A stretch of 46,480 nucleotides of DNA from Candidatus Hydrothermarchaeota archaeon (GCA_015521615.1 WANW01000029.1:1-46480), one strand, 5' to 3'. Numbered from the stretch's first letter, positions 18,887-28,789 are shown. The notes: generated from the sequence alone by a model not told the origin. Made by a program: numbers and translations.

Positions 18887-21153
18887 TGAACATAGCATGG
18901 TTTGAGGATCTGGGTAAGGACGACGTAGCGATAGCTGGCGGCAAGGGTGCCAACCTGGGGGAGATGGTGAAAGCAGGCCTGCCCGTACCTCCCGGCTTTG
19001 TTGTTACGGCACAGGCATACTCCTACTTCCTGAAGGAGAGCGGCCTTGCCGAGAGGATAATGGAGATTCTGCGCGACACCGATGTGGATAACAACGACGA
19101 GCTTACAAAGGCTTCACAGGAGATACGCGAGCTTATAACCTCCTCGCCTATGCCAGAGGCTCTTGCAAAGGAGATACTTGAGAACTACCACAAGCTATCG
19201 CAGAGGGTGGGTAAAGAGGAGGAGTTCGTGGCTGTTAGAAGCTCTGCCACTGCCGAGGACCTGCCAGGTGCAAGCTTCGCTGGGCAGCAGGATACCTTTT
19301 TGAATGTAAAGGGCGATGAGGTAATAGAGTACGTGCGCCGGTGCTGGAGCTCTCTTTTCACCCCCCGCGCCATCTTCTACCGCGAGAAGAAGGGTTTCGC
19401 CCATGAGCGCGTGGCTATTGCAGTGGTTGTGCAGAAGATGGTCAACGCAGAAAAGGCAGGGGTTATGTTCTCAGTGCACCCGGCGACTGGAGAGAAGGAC
19501 AAGATTGTGATAGAGGCTGCCTGGGGACTAGGTGAGGGAGTGGTCTCCGGTACGGTTACGCCGGACCACTACGTGGTTGACAAGAATAGCAACAAGCTCC
19601 TGCACAAGGAGATTGCCATGAAGGAGATAATGTTCACAAAGGACGAGAAGACTGGCAAGACAGTCAAGGTTAAGCTCCCACCCGAGCGCGCGGGGGCGCA
19701 GGTGCTCACCGAGGAGGAGATTGCCCAACTCGCGGAGCTTGGCAAGAAGGTGGAGGAGCACTTTGGCTCACCCCAGGATATAGAGTGGGCCTATGAGGCG
19801 GGTGAACTATACCTGCTGCAGTCGAGGCCTATAACTGTGCTTTACGAGAAGGAGGCCGAAGAAGAGGAGGAGAGCGAAGCGAAAGAGGTGCTTGTCAAGG
19901 GTTTAGCCGCAAGTCCCGGGATAGGCTCCGGTAAGGTTAAGGTAATATTCAGTGTAGATGAGCTGGACAAGATAAAGGAGGGAGACGTGCTCGTTACGAC
20001 GATGACAAACCCTGACATGGTGCCCGCAATGAAGCGTGCCTCGGCAATAGTCACCGACGAAGGCGGAATGACTTGCCACGCTGCTATTGTGAGCCGTGAG
20101 CTCGGCATACCCTGCGTCGTGGGTACCGGAGAGGCAACGAAGGTGCTGAGCGACGGGATGGAGGTGACCGTAGACGGCACCCGAGGCGTTGTGTACCGCG
20201 GGCTGACGAAGGTGAAGGAAGAGAAGCGGGAGGAGGCGGTGGCGGCGGCGCCGCCCAAGATAGTAACTGCCACAGAGATAAAGGTGAACATCAGCATACC
20301 CGAGGTTGCACCCAGGGTCGCGCCCATTGCGGATGGCGTTGGCCTGCTGCGCGTGGAGCACCTCATTCTGGGCATAGGCAAGCATCCGATGAAGTTCATC
20401 CGCGAGGGCAGAGAGGAGGAGCTGATAGAGAAGATTGCCGAGGGCGTGCGCAAGGTGGCGCAGCCCTTCTATCCCAAGCCGGTGTGGTACCGCACCCTCG
20501 ACGCACCCACAGATGAGTTCCGTGGTCTTGAGGGAGGCGAAGATGAGCCTGTGGAGCACAATCCCATGCTCGGCTGGCGTGGTGTTCGCCGCGCCATAGA
20601 CCAGCCGGAGCTGCTCAGAGCTGAATTCAAGGCTATCAAGAAGCTTGTGGACGAAGGCTACACCAACATCGGCGTTATGATACCCCTGGTGCAGCATCCT
20701 GAGGAGCTGCGCAGGGCGAAGGAGATTGCCCGCGAGGTGGGACTTGAGCCTCACCGTGACGTCAAGTTCGGTATAATGGTGGAGATTCCAGCGGCGGCGC
20801 TGATTATAGAGGACTTCATCCGTGAGGGCGTGGACTTCATAAGCTTTGGCACCAACGACCTTACTCAGTACACCCTTGCGGTGGACAGGAACAACGAGCG
20901 CGTAGCAAAGCTGTACACCGAGAAGCACCCGGCAGTGATGAAGCTCATAGAGATGGTGATAAAGGCGTGCCGCGCCCACGGCGTGGAAACAAGCATCTGC
21001 GGCCAGGCGGGTAGCGACCCGGAGGTTGCAAAGCGCCTTGTGGAGTTCGGAATCTCCAGCATCTCCGCAAATCCTGATGCGGTGCAGGCGATACGTGAGA
21101 TGGTCGCGAGAACGGAGCTCAGGTTGCTGCTGGACAGGGCACGGGAGGGGTAG
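18883..21153 (+). CDS. ppsA: Phosphoenolpyruvate synthase
   Basis: GGKGANLGE, VRSSATAED, GGMTCHAAIVSRE, SFGTNDLTQ, SICGQ. Confidence 0.97.
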   Translation: MMNIAWFEDLGKDDVAIAGGKGANLGEMVKAGLPVPPGFVVTAQAYSYFLKESGLAERIMEILRDTDVDNNDELTKASQEIRELITSSPMPEALAKEILENYHKLSQRVGKEEEFVAVRSSATAEDLPGASFAGQQDTFLNVKGDEVIEYVRRCWSSLFTPRAIFYREKKGFAHERVAIAVVVQKMVNAEKAGVMFSVHPATGEKDKIVIEAAWGLGEGVVSGTVTPDHYVVDKNSNKLLHKEIAMKEIMFTKDEKTGKTVKVKLPPERAGAQVLTEEEIAQLAELGKKVEEHFGSPQDIEWAYEAGELYLLQSRPITVLYEKEAEEEEESEAKEVLVKGLAASPGIGSGKVKVIFSVDELDKIKEGDVLVTTMTNPDMVPAMKRASAIVTDEGGMTCHAAIVSRELGIPCVVGTGEATKVLSDGMEVTVDGTRGVVYRGLTKVKEEKREEAVAAAPPKIVTATEIKVNISIPEVAPRVAPIADGVGLLRVEHLILGIGKHPMKFIREGREEELIEKIAEGVRKVAQPFYPKPVWYRTLDAPTDEFRGLEGGEDEPVEHNPMLGWRGVRRAIDQPELLRAEFKAIKKLVDEGYTNIGVMIPLVQHPEELRRAKEIAREVGLEPHRDVKFGIMVEIPAAALIIEDFIREGVDFISFGTNDLTQYTLAVDRNNERVAKLYTEKHPAVMKLIEMVIKACRAHGVETSICGQAGSDPEVAKRLVEFGISSISANPDAVQAIREMVARTELRLLLDRAREG

Positions 21154-21779
21154 TGCCTCCTTTTATTCTTTTTCCTATGGCGAAGGGTATGCATGGAATT
21201 TTCCCGGAGAGGCGGGACTTCATCGAGGGGCTGGCACTTCTCACTCTCGGGAGCGTTGCAGGCAGTATATTCATAACTCTGCTATATCTTGTGCATCCAG
21301 GATCCGCTCCTGCCGTGGCCAGCGTCGCAATGCAGGTGGTTAACACAAAGGTTGAGGCGGCGAGAAGCGCAGGTCTCGGGATGGAGGCCGGAATTTTTTT
21401 CGCCAACTTACTGGCAGTGTGCATAATCATCCTTTTTCCCGCATTCGCATATCGTGTTGAGAGGGACAGGAGGTTTGCCTACTCCACTGTGCCAAGGCTC
21501 ATGATGGTACTCATAGGCTTTGAGAGCATAGGCCTGACCTCCCCACCACTCCTGGACCTCAAGGGCTATGTACTCTTCCTCCTCTACCTCCTTCCCCATG
21601 GCACATTTGAGCTCAGCTCCCTCGCAATAGCATACACCATAGCAAGGAAAGGAGGTTTTTCCCAGGGCGCTGGAGCAAGGGCTCTCCTCGCCCTTCTACT
21701 TCTAATCCCTGCAGCTTATATAGAGGTGCACATCTCTCTGAGCTTTGCGCAGCACACCATCCAGGCACTGCCCGGCTAG
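21153..21779 (+). CDS. SpoIIM/DUF95 membrane protein
   Basis: LLPHGTFEL and AAYIE; start may be a downstream ATG. Confidence 0.75.
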   Translation: MPPFILFPMAKGMHGIFPERRDFIEGLALLTLGSVAGSIFITLLYLVHPGSAPAVASVAMQVVNTKVEAARSAGLGMEAGIFFANLLAVCIIILFPAFAYRVERDRRFAYSTVPRLMMVLIGFESIGLTSPPLLDLKGYVLFLLYLLPHGTFELSSLAIAYTIARKGGFSQGAGARALLALLLLIPAAYIEVHISLSFAQHTIQALPG

Positions 21780-22537
21780 TCCACCTGATTCAGCCTTATC
21801 CTTACCGTCGCCACGGGGTCTATGGGGTCATTGCTGTATATGTACACCTCACGGATGATGTAGCCTCTCAGGTCAGGGTGAACAGTGGGGTCATAGTACA
21901 CCTTCAGGATAGCGGTCTCACCAGGCGCAAGCCTTGCACTCCAGTCAGCAGGCCCGCTGCCCTCGCCCATGTCCATTCCAAACCTTGGTCCCTCAACACC
22001 GTTAACCACAAGCGAGGCGGTTGTGCACCCGCAGGAGGTGGCCAGGTTTGTGATTACCAGCTCCTTCTTGCCCTCATTCTTAATGTGGAATATGGTTTCA
22101 ATCACTCCGCCTCGAACGCTCACATTGCCCAGGTCAGCACTAACCGGAAACACGTTTATCTGTGGTCTATCCTTTGGAGCGTTTTTAATCAGGTACTCCC
22201 TGAACTCTGCCTTTGCGGCCTCATCCCTGAAGGAGTCCATGCCGTACCTCGCAACATACTTGCTAATCACCTGCATTTTACTCATACCAGAGTCTATTAA
22301 ACCATCGGCATAGGCCTTGCGCTCTATGGCAAGTTCACAGCACTTTGCACTTATAGGTTCACCACAGCACGGACACTGAAAGATGTTGTAAATCTCATCA
22401 TAGCTTACCTGAACCCCATTGCTAGAAGGTAAAGCCGAAAATTTGGCCGCCACAAGTCCACTTGCACCGCCGAGAAGAAAAACCAGCATAAGGAGAGCGG
22501 CAATGTATCTTCTATCAGCCGGGATTCCTATCATCAT
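21776..22537 (-). CDS. Exported CcmH-like domain plus DUF1573 Ig-like domain protein
   Basis: Signal/TM segment; FQCPCC...GMSKMQVISKYVARYG; TSCGCT, LAPGE, IYSNDP. Confidence 0.6.
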   Translation of the reverse strand: MMIGIPADRRYIAALLMLVFLLGGASGLVAAKFSALPSSNGVQVSYDEIYNIFQCPCCGEPISAKCCELAIERKAYADGLIDSGMSKMQVISKYVARYGMDSFRDEAAKAEFREYLIKNAPKDRPQINVFPVSADLGNVSVRGGVIETIFHIKNEGKKELVITNLATSCGCTTASLVVNGVEGPRFGMDMGEGSGPADWSARLAPGETAILKVYYDPTVHPDLRGYIIREVYIYSNDPIDPVATVRIRLNQVD

Positions 22538-22557
22538 TAACTCTTTGCTGGTGCCTT

Positions 22558-23823
22558 TTATCTCCTTTTTCCCAAATTTCTACCAATTTCCCTCCTGATG
22601 CCTATAAGTGAGGCAACACCTGCGAAAGTCAGGCTGAGCGACGATGCAATGGCAGCGCCTGTTGTGCCGAATCCTGGAATGAGAAGGAGGTTGAGGAGCA
22701 CATCCAGGACAGCGGCAGCAGCAAGAATCTTCATCGGCGTAGTGGGCTTACCCAGGCCCTGAAATATTCCAGAATTCACCGTGAAAAATCCATAAAAGAA
22801 ACTGCCCACTGTCAGGATTCTGAAGGGCAATGCCGCCTCGGCATATGCTGAGCCGAAGAGCAGGATGATTATCTGCTTTGCAAATAGCAGGGCTATAGCA
22901 GTGGCGACGCCTAGGATTGGAAAAAGCAGCCTGTAGGATCCTTCCACCTGCTTCCTCAGCGCCGTGACGTCGTTTTTTGCGCTCAGCGCAGCTACTCTTG
23001 GGAGCAACGCGGCGGTGAGTGCCGATGCAAAGGCCAGGCCGAGCCTTGCAGTTGGCGAGGCAGCACTGTAAATGCCCACTTCCTGGGGCGGAAGGAAAAC
23101 ACCAAGCAAAAGGATGTCCACATAGGCGAGGGCAAAGGCGGCGACAGAAGTCAGGGAAACAGGGACAGAAAAAAGGAAAACCTCCTTGAAGGCGGAAAAA
23201 CTTCTTCCTGCACAAGAGATTCCAAGGTTACGGAAGATGAAATACGCGAGCAATGTTGTTACAGCAAATCCCAGAGTTGAGCCCAGAATTGCGCTATTCG
23301 CGGTGGCTGAGATGAATAGCACGAGAGAGAGCGCAAATGCTATCCTCAGCGCCTGCTGTGCCGCCAGGGTTAAGGAGAGAGTGCCAAATCTCTTTAGCCC
23401 CTGAAGTACACCGGAGATTGCAGCAATGGCAAAGCCAAAGGGCAGTGCAATGGCGGAGATGCGAATTGTGGTAACAAGTGAGGGCTCATGGAATACCTCA
23501 ATTGCGAGCGGGGCTAAAGCAAAGAAAACTGCACCAAGAAGTGCCCCTGCCAGGGTGTAGTAGAGCAGCGAGGAGGTGGCGATTTCGTCCCGCCGGCGAA
23601 GCTCACCCTTTGCCTGCCCTTCAGCGATGAACTTTGCCAGGCTCGGTGCTATTCCTGATGAGGCGAGCACGACCACGAGAAACTGCAGGGGCAGCGCTAG
23701 GTTGAGGAGACCGAACTCATAGGGGGAGAGCAGCCTTCCCATAAGAATACGGTACACATAGCTGCCAAAGCGCACTGCAAGGTTGCTCAGAGTGAGCAGC
23801 AGGCTCGACCTGAGGAGGCTCAT
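22558..23823 (-). CDS. Oligosaccharide flippase (MOP/Wzx-like)
   Basis: RLLSPYEFG, VDILLLG...VGIYSAA, LIPGFGTTGAAIA. Confidence 0.88.
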   Translation of the reverse strand: MSLLRSSLLLTLSNLAVRFGSYVYRILMGRLLSPYEFGLLNLALPLQFLVVVLASSGIAPSLAKFIAEGQAKGELRRRDEIATSSLLYYTLAGALLGAVFFALAPLAIEVFHEPSLVTTIRISAIALPFGFAIAAISGVLQGLKRFGTLSLTLAAQQALRIAFALSLVLFISATANSAILGSTLGFAVTTLLAYFIFRNLGISCAGRSFSAFKEVFLFSVPVSLTSVAAFALAYVDILLLGVFLPPQEVGIYSAASPTARLGLAFASALTAALLPRVAALSAKNDVTALRKQVEGSYRLLFPILGVATAIALLFAKQIIILLFGSAYAEAALPFRILTVGSFFYGFFTVNSGIFQGLGKPTTPMKILAAAAVLDVLLNLLLIPGFGTTGAAIASSLSLTFAGVASLIGIRREIGRNLGKRR

Positions 23824-23905
23824 CCCTTAAGCTTGGGGGAGGGTGGATAATAAGGGTTTTGCCGCAGAGGCAAAGGTAACATATGGATAAGGTCAATTTA
23901 TCAGC

Positions 23906-24778
23906 ATGCGGGCGCAGGCTTCCTACGATGCACAAGCCACAGAAATCGCCGCACGCAAAATCTCCGAGCTCAGGCGCAGGCTGGGCGTAAGCCTGGAAAT
24001 CACCACACCGAAGGTGTACACCTACAGCGTTTCGCTCGTCGCAGAGCTGCTCAGGTTTTTTCTGGAGCTGGTGCTCTGGCCCCTGTGGCTTCGCGCAGGT
24101 GCGCCCTGGCGGGGCAGCTACCTCCCAGACTGCGAGGAGGCGAAGATAACCTGCCCCCGGGGCGATGCCGCCACTCTGGAGCACGAGGTGAGGCATCACT
24201 TCTGCCACCAGCTCAGGTGCAGGGGCTATGCCCTCCCGCGGGTGCAGAAATTTATGCGGGAGTACTACTGGAGCGATAGGCATGCCGCAATAGCGGCTAG
24301 AAAAGCGAGGGTGAGCGAGGACTCAGAGGAGGCGAGAGTTTTACTTATGCTTTCGAAGGGTGTGTTCCCCGGGAGCAGGCGCCTGAGCGAGGTGCTCGCA
24401 GACATCATCGCCGAGGCGTCGCCCTGGGTAAGTGAGGGCTTCGCCTCCGAGGGCAGCCTCCTTGACCTAGCAAGGGCGCCCCTCAAGATTCTGCTCGCTT
24501 TCGCGGCAGTTATGCTAATAGCCTCGCTTCTCCTCATGCTTCCCGCGCTCTCACCCATCAAGGCGGCAGGCGCCGCCTACTTAGCTGGAGGCGTCGCAGC
24601 GGTGAGCTACCGCTTCCTGCGCACTCTGGGCTTGGACATAGGAGCGCTCAGGTGGAGGTGGCTCCGCCTCAGCGTCGACGATGTCCAGGCTGCGAAGCTG
24701 CTGCTCTTCCCCCCGGGGCACGGGAGGAGTGCGCGGCAGATACTCGAAAAGCTGGAAGATTACCGCATCACCCTCTGA
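23906..24778 (+). CDS. Membrane protein with HExxH metallopeptidase-like motif
   Basis: TLEHEVRHH, downstream SEGFA, C-terminal TM helices. Confidence 0.5.
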   Translation: MRAQASYDAQATEIAARKISELRRRLGVSLEITTPKVYTYSVSLVAELLRFFLELVLWPLWLRAGAPWRGSYLPDCEEAKITCPRGDAATLEHEVRHHFCHQLRCRGYALPRVQKFMREYYWSDRHAAIAARKARVSEDSEEARVLLMLSKGVFPGSRRLSEVLADIIAEASPWVSEGFASEGSLLDLARAPLKILLAFAAVMLIASLLLMLPALSPIKAAGAAYLAGGVAAVSYRFLRTLGLDIGALRWRWLRLSVDDVQAAKLLLFPPGHGRSARQILEKLEDYRITL

Positions 24779-25742
24779 GTATCCTCAGGGTGTTGAGAAC
24801 CACCTCAGGCTTTAAAGAGTACAGAAGCGAGGTCTCGGCGTAGCCCGAGAACATGCAACGCCTGCAGCTGCGCATGAGCTGCCTCGCCTCCCTCGCCGCA
24901 GGAGAGCGCCACAGCTCGGCTAAGCTATGCTCCCTTATGCTGCCCACCCTGCCGAAGCAGGTCTCCACGTGTCCCGCCGCATCAACGTGAAGCATCAGCG
25001 CATGAACTGCGCATTTAAACCCTGGCTCAAGGCGCTTCATCATTTTAAGATAGGTGAGGGAGTTCAGCACCCTTCTGCCCGCCTTTTTCATTCTGATGAG
25101 CTCCTCTACAGCACGCTCGTACCTCTCCCTGCTCCTTATCTCCAGCCACCTCCACTCCCGCTCCGGCACCTCCTCAAACCTGTGCACCGGCTCAAAGCTT
25201 ATCCCCGCATTGTAGCGCTCCGCCAGCTCCACCAGCTTTTCAAGCTCCCCCAGGTTTGCCTCGCACACCACGCAGTTTATGCCCACCTTTACTCCACGCC
25301 TGCGCGCCTCCTGAAGGCTGCGCAGGGCATGCTCTATCTCCACCCCTCTCAGCCTGCGGTACACCTGAGAGGTGCCGTCTATGGAGACGCTCATGTAGTC
25401 CAGGTAGGGGGCAGCGCTGGCAACCCGCCTCCAGAGCACGCCGTTGGTGATGAGGTAGGTGCGCATCCCCAGGCTCTTCGCATGCCTGAGGCACTCCTCT
25501 AGGTCCTTTCTCAGCAGCGGCTCGCCGCCCCAGACGGTGTAAACAGCACAGCCGAGCTTAGCTGCATGCGCTATGAGCCCCTTCACCTCCCGCGTGCCAA
25601 GCTCCTCCCCGCTCTGCCGGCGCCAGAAGGGGCAGAAGGGACAGCGCAGGTTGCAGCGCAGCGTAATCTGGTGGCACAGCACAACCGGCGTGGGAGCGCC
25701 CAGATAGCTCCTAACAAATCCCCTCAGAACCCTCAGCAGCAT
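24768..25742 (-). CDS. Radical SAM protein with SPASM/twitch domain
   Basis: CNLRCPFC, GGEPLL, C-terminal C...C...CxxC. Confidence 0.9.
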   Translation of the reverse strand: MLLRVLRGFVRSYLGAPTPVVLCHQITLRCNLRCPFCPFWRRQSGEELGTREVKGLIAHAAKLGCAVYTVWGGEPLLRKDLEECLRHAKSLGMRTYLITNGVLWRRVASAAPYLDYMSVSIDGTSQVYRRLRGVEIEHALRSLQEARRRGVKVGINCVVCEANLGELEKLVELAERYNAGISFEPVHRFEEVPEREWRWLEIRSRERYERAVEELIRMKKAGRRVLNSLTYLKMMKRLEPGFKCAVHALMLHVDAAGHVETCFGRVGSIREHSLAELWRSPAAREARQLMRSCRRCMFSGYAETSLLYSLKPEVVLNTLRILRG

Positions 25743-25813
25743 GGCATAAATAAAACTTCTGCACCACAGCGCTTAAAGGTTGGGGGTTTGGTAAGCGCCT
25801 GCCAATTACCCTT

Positions 25814-27193
25814 TCAAAGCCCCATCAAATACTCGTGCATCGCCTGCGCGGCGCGCTTACCCGCGCCCATCGCGGCTATAACCGTGGCCTGCCCCGTGGT
25901 TATATCTCCGCCAGCGAAGACACCCTGCTTTGAGGTCCTGCCCTGCTCATCCACCACTATGGTGCCCCACCTGGTGGTCTTCAGCTCGGGGTGCTTCATC
26001 GCTATTATGGGGTTGGGGCTCTGCCCTATGGCTATTATCGCCGTGCTTGCTTCAACCTCAAACTCCGAGCCCTGCACGGGTACAGGGCGGCAGCGCCCGC
26101 TCTCATCAGGCTCGCCCAGCTCGCAGTGCAGACAGCGCACCGCTCGCAGGGAGAAGCGCTTATCGCCCAGAAAGGCCACCGGCTGGGTGAGGAACCTGAA
26201 CTTTATGCCCTCCTCGCGTGCATGCATAACCTCCTCCCTGCGCGCAGGCATCTCAGCCTCGCTCCTGCGATAGAGCACCGTCACCTCTGCACCAAGGCGG
26301 CGTGCGCAGCGCGCCGCGTCCATGGCAACATTGCCTGCGCCTATAACAACAGCTTTGTCGCCCACCTTCACTGGGGTGTCGTACTCCGGGAAGAGGTAGG
26401 CCTTCATCAGGTTAACCCTGAAGAGGAACTCGTTGCCCGAGTAGATGCCATTCAGGTTCTCCCCGGGTATGCCCAGGAAGCGCGGCAGCCCTGCACCAGT
26501 GCCCAGGAAGACCGCGTGGTAGCCGAGCTCAAACAGCTCGTCTATGTCGTAGGTTGCGCCTATGAGCACATTCGTCTCAATCTCCACCCCCAGGCTCCTA
26601 ACGTACTCCAGCTCAGCGCTCAGCACAGCTCTGGGCAGGCGGAACTCGGGTATCCCGTAGGCGAGTACCCCTCCTGGCTCGTGCAGTGCCTCAAAAATTG
26701 TAACCCTGTGCCCCCTCTCGGCTAAGTAGGCGGCTACGGTTAAGCCTGCGGGACCAGAACCCACGACGGCTGCGCTCTTTCCGCTCGGCTTTGCCACCTC
26801 GGGCTTTCTCACCCCCTTCGCACGCTCCCAGTCGGCAGCAAAGCGCTCCAGCCTGCCTATGGCGAGGGGCTCAAAGCGCTTCCCCAGCCTGCACCTCGCC
26901 TCGCACTGCTTCTCCTGAGGACACACCCTGCCAGTTATTCCCGGAAGGTAGTTGCTCTCCCTTATAATCGCTATAGCACCTTCAAAATCTCCCTCGCGTA
27001 TCGCCTGCACAAAGGCGGGGATGTCTATGCCAACGGGGCAGCCGCTGACACAGGGCTTGTCCTTGCACTGCAGGCAGCGGCTCGCCTCCTGCATCGCCTC
27101 TTCTTCATTGTAGCCCAGGGCTACCTCCGCAAAGCTCTTCACCCTCTCCTCAGGAGAGAGTTCCCTCATTGGTACGCGTTTCTCCCTGCTCAT
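25814..27193 (-). CDS. nfnB: NfnB/SudA (GltD-like) large subunit
   Basis: RCLQC..CVSGCP, GRVCPQEKQCE, GSGPAG, GIPEFRLP, AGGD; adjacent to nfnA. Confidence 0.9.
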   Translation of the reverse strand: MSREKRVPMRELSPEERVKSFAEVALGYNEEEAMQEASRCLQCKDKPCVSGCPVGIDIPAFVQAIREGDFEGAIAIIRESNYLPGITGRVCPQEKQCEARCRLGKRFEPLAIGRLERFAADWERAKGVRKPEVAKPSGKSAAVVGSGPAGLTVAAYLAERGHRVTIFEALHEPGGVLAYGIPEFRLPRAVLSAELEYVRSLGVEIETNVLIGATYDIDELFELGYHAVFLGTGAGLPRFLGIPGENLNGIYSGNEFLFRVNLMKAYLFPEYDTPVKVGDKAVVIGAGNVAMDAARCARRLGAEVTVLYRRSEAEMPARREEVMHAREEGIKFRFLTQPVAFLGDKRFSLRAVRCLHCELGEPDESGRCRPVPVQGSEFEVEASTAIIAIGQSPNPIIAMKHPELKTTRWGTIVVDEQGRTSKQGVFAGGDITTGQATVIAAMGAGKRAAQAMHEYLMGL

Positions 27194-28017
27194 GTTCCCT
27201 CCTCGTAAAGCTCAAACGCTAAGCGCTCCTCCTCCTTGAAGAACTCCTGCCTGCGCTGCAGCTCGTCAAAGTCAACCTCCGTGGCGTCGAACTCCGGTCC
27301 GTCAACGCAGGCGAACTTTGTGCTCCCCGCAACGGTAACCCTGCAGGCGCCACACATGCCGGTGCCATCCAGCATTATCGCCCCGAGGCTCGCGGTAGCC
27401 TTTATTCCATGCTCCCTTGCGATTCTCCCCACCGTCTTCATCATCTTCGTCGGGCCTATCGCGAGAATGTAGTCAACGTGGTTGTGCTTCAGGTACTCCC
27501 GCAGCGCTGCCACGGCGTAGCCCTTCATGCCAGCGCTGCCGTCGTCGGTGGCAACAACAACCTCATCGCACAGCCTGCGCATGCGCTCCTCAAAGATAAG
27601 GTAGTCCCTGCTCTTGGCACCCATTATCACGGTAACCCTGTTGCCCGCTCGCTTAAGCGCCCTCACTATGGAATACAGTGCCCCCGCGGTGCCCTGCCGG
27701 CATATCGCGACGACGTTGCCGTATTTTTTAATCTCACTGGGCTTGCCGAGAGGGCCTAGAAGGTCAAGTATGGTGTCGCCCTCCTTCAGGCTTGCCAGCA
27801 TCCTGCTGGTCTTCCCCACCTCATGCACCACCATTGTGATGGTGCCCGCCTCGCGGTCGAAGTCGGAGACGGTCATGGGTATGCGCTCGCCCTTCTCATG
27901 CACCCTCACCATCACAAACTGCCCGGGCTGAATCTTCCTCGCAATCACGGGCGAGCGAATCACAAAAAGCTTATAACCTGGAGCAAGCTCTTCCCTGCGG
28001 ACAATCTCATGACGCAT
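27190..28017 (-). CDS. nfnA: NfnA/SudB small subunit (FAD, 2Fe-2S)
   Basis: GERIPMT, GPLG, TDDGS, DGTGMCGACR...CVDGPEF. Confidence 0.88.
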   Translation of the reverse strand: MRHEIVRREELAPGYKLFVIRSPVIARKIQPGQFVMVRVHEKGERIPMTVSDFDREAGTITMVVHEVGKTSRMLASLKEGDTILDLLGPLGKPSEIKKYGNVVAICRQGTAGALYSIVRALKRAGNRVTVIMGAKSRDYLIFEERMRRLCDEVVVATDDGSAGMKGYAVAALREYLKHNHVDYILAIGPTKMMKTVGRIAREHGIKATASLGAIMLDGTGMCGACRVTVAGSTKFACVDGPEFDATEVDFDELQRRQEFFKEEERLAFELYEEGT

Positions 28018-28079
28018 AACAACAACCTCTGGCAGAAGCTAACGCTGGGGCGATGCCTAACAAGTTAAAATTAGTAGCA

Positions 28080-28331
28080 CTAATCGCCGCGAAGGGCTTT
28101 AAGCTTTTCGCTGCCCACGCACTTCTCGGCGTACTCGCACCAGTTTATGCACAGGTTCTCCCTAGTCTTCTTCACAATGGTGCCGCACTCCTCGCACTCA
28201 GCCTCGCTCTCATCGGTCCAGATCTCAACCTCGGCCTTGCAGTTCGGGCAGAGCACATACTCTGGCTTGGGGCGCTTTATCTCCTCGCTGCCGGGACAGC
28301 TCGCCTTTATTGCACTTATATCTTCTGGCAT
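28080..28331 (-). CDS. Small Cys-rich metal-binding protein
   Basis: CPG, CPNC, CEEC, CINWCEYAEKC (8 Cys in 83 aa). Confidence 0.75.
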   Translation of the reverse strand: MPEDISAIKASCPGSEEIKRPKPEYVLCPNCKAEVEIWTDESEAECEECGTIVKKTRENLCINWCEYAEKCVGSEKLKALRGD

Positions 28332-28386
28332 ACTAAAGCTACCTTTAAAAATTAACCTTAATTACATTATTGGCGAAAATGTTCGG

Positions 28387-28515
28387 CTACCTCTTCCCCG
28401 CTCTGCATGCTGTACAGGTGCCTCCTGCATAGTGCTGCTCGCACACCAGGCGCCCGCACAGCGCGCAGGTGAAGCGCGCGGGTTTGCCGCAGATGTGACA
28501 CAGTCCTGCTATCAT
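28387..28515 (-). CDS. 42-aa treble-clef-type zinc finger microprotein
   Basis: MIAGLCHICGKPARFTCALCGRLVCEQHYAGGTCTACRAGKR; starts immediately after the upstream stop. Confidence 0.75.
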   Translation of the reverse strand: MIAGLCHICGKPARFTCALCGRLVCEQHYAGGTCTACRAGKR

Positions 28516-28516
28516 C

Positions 28517-28789
28517 CTAATCCCCCAGGTGCTCCTCCAGTTCTTCGATCAGCTCATCCAGCCTTTCGAGCGCTTCAAACTCCTCCTTCTCCAGCTTCCT
28601 GCGCTTCGCCTCTAGCACGGTGCCCGAGCCGTAGCTTTCAATTAGCGCACGGAGCTCACTCTGCGCCTCGTACAGCTCCCCGAGCCAGTAATCCAGCTCC
28701 TTGAACAGGTGCTCGCAGGCAGAGCAGGAGTTGTGAGCGCGCTTCCTGAGCCCCTCAACAGCTCTGCTGTACTCCTCGTGGCTCTCCAT
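28517..28789 (-). CDS. Hypothetical helical/coiled-coil protein
   Basis: 90 aa, Glu-rich, CSAC; AGGAG upstream. Confidence 0.6.
   Translation of the reverse strand: MESHEEYSRAVEGLRKRAHNSCSACEHLFKELDYWLGELYEAQSELRALIESYGSGTVLEAKRRKLEKEEFEALERLDELIEELEEHLGD

Noticed and set aside
19903-20979. 358-aa minus-strand ORF
   Set aside because: Antisense shadow of ppsA with no motifs; expected in GC-rich coding DNA
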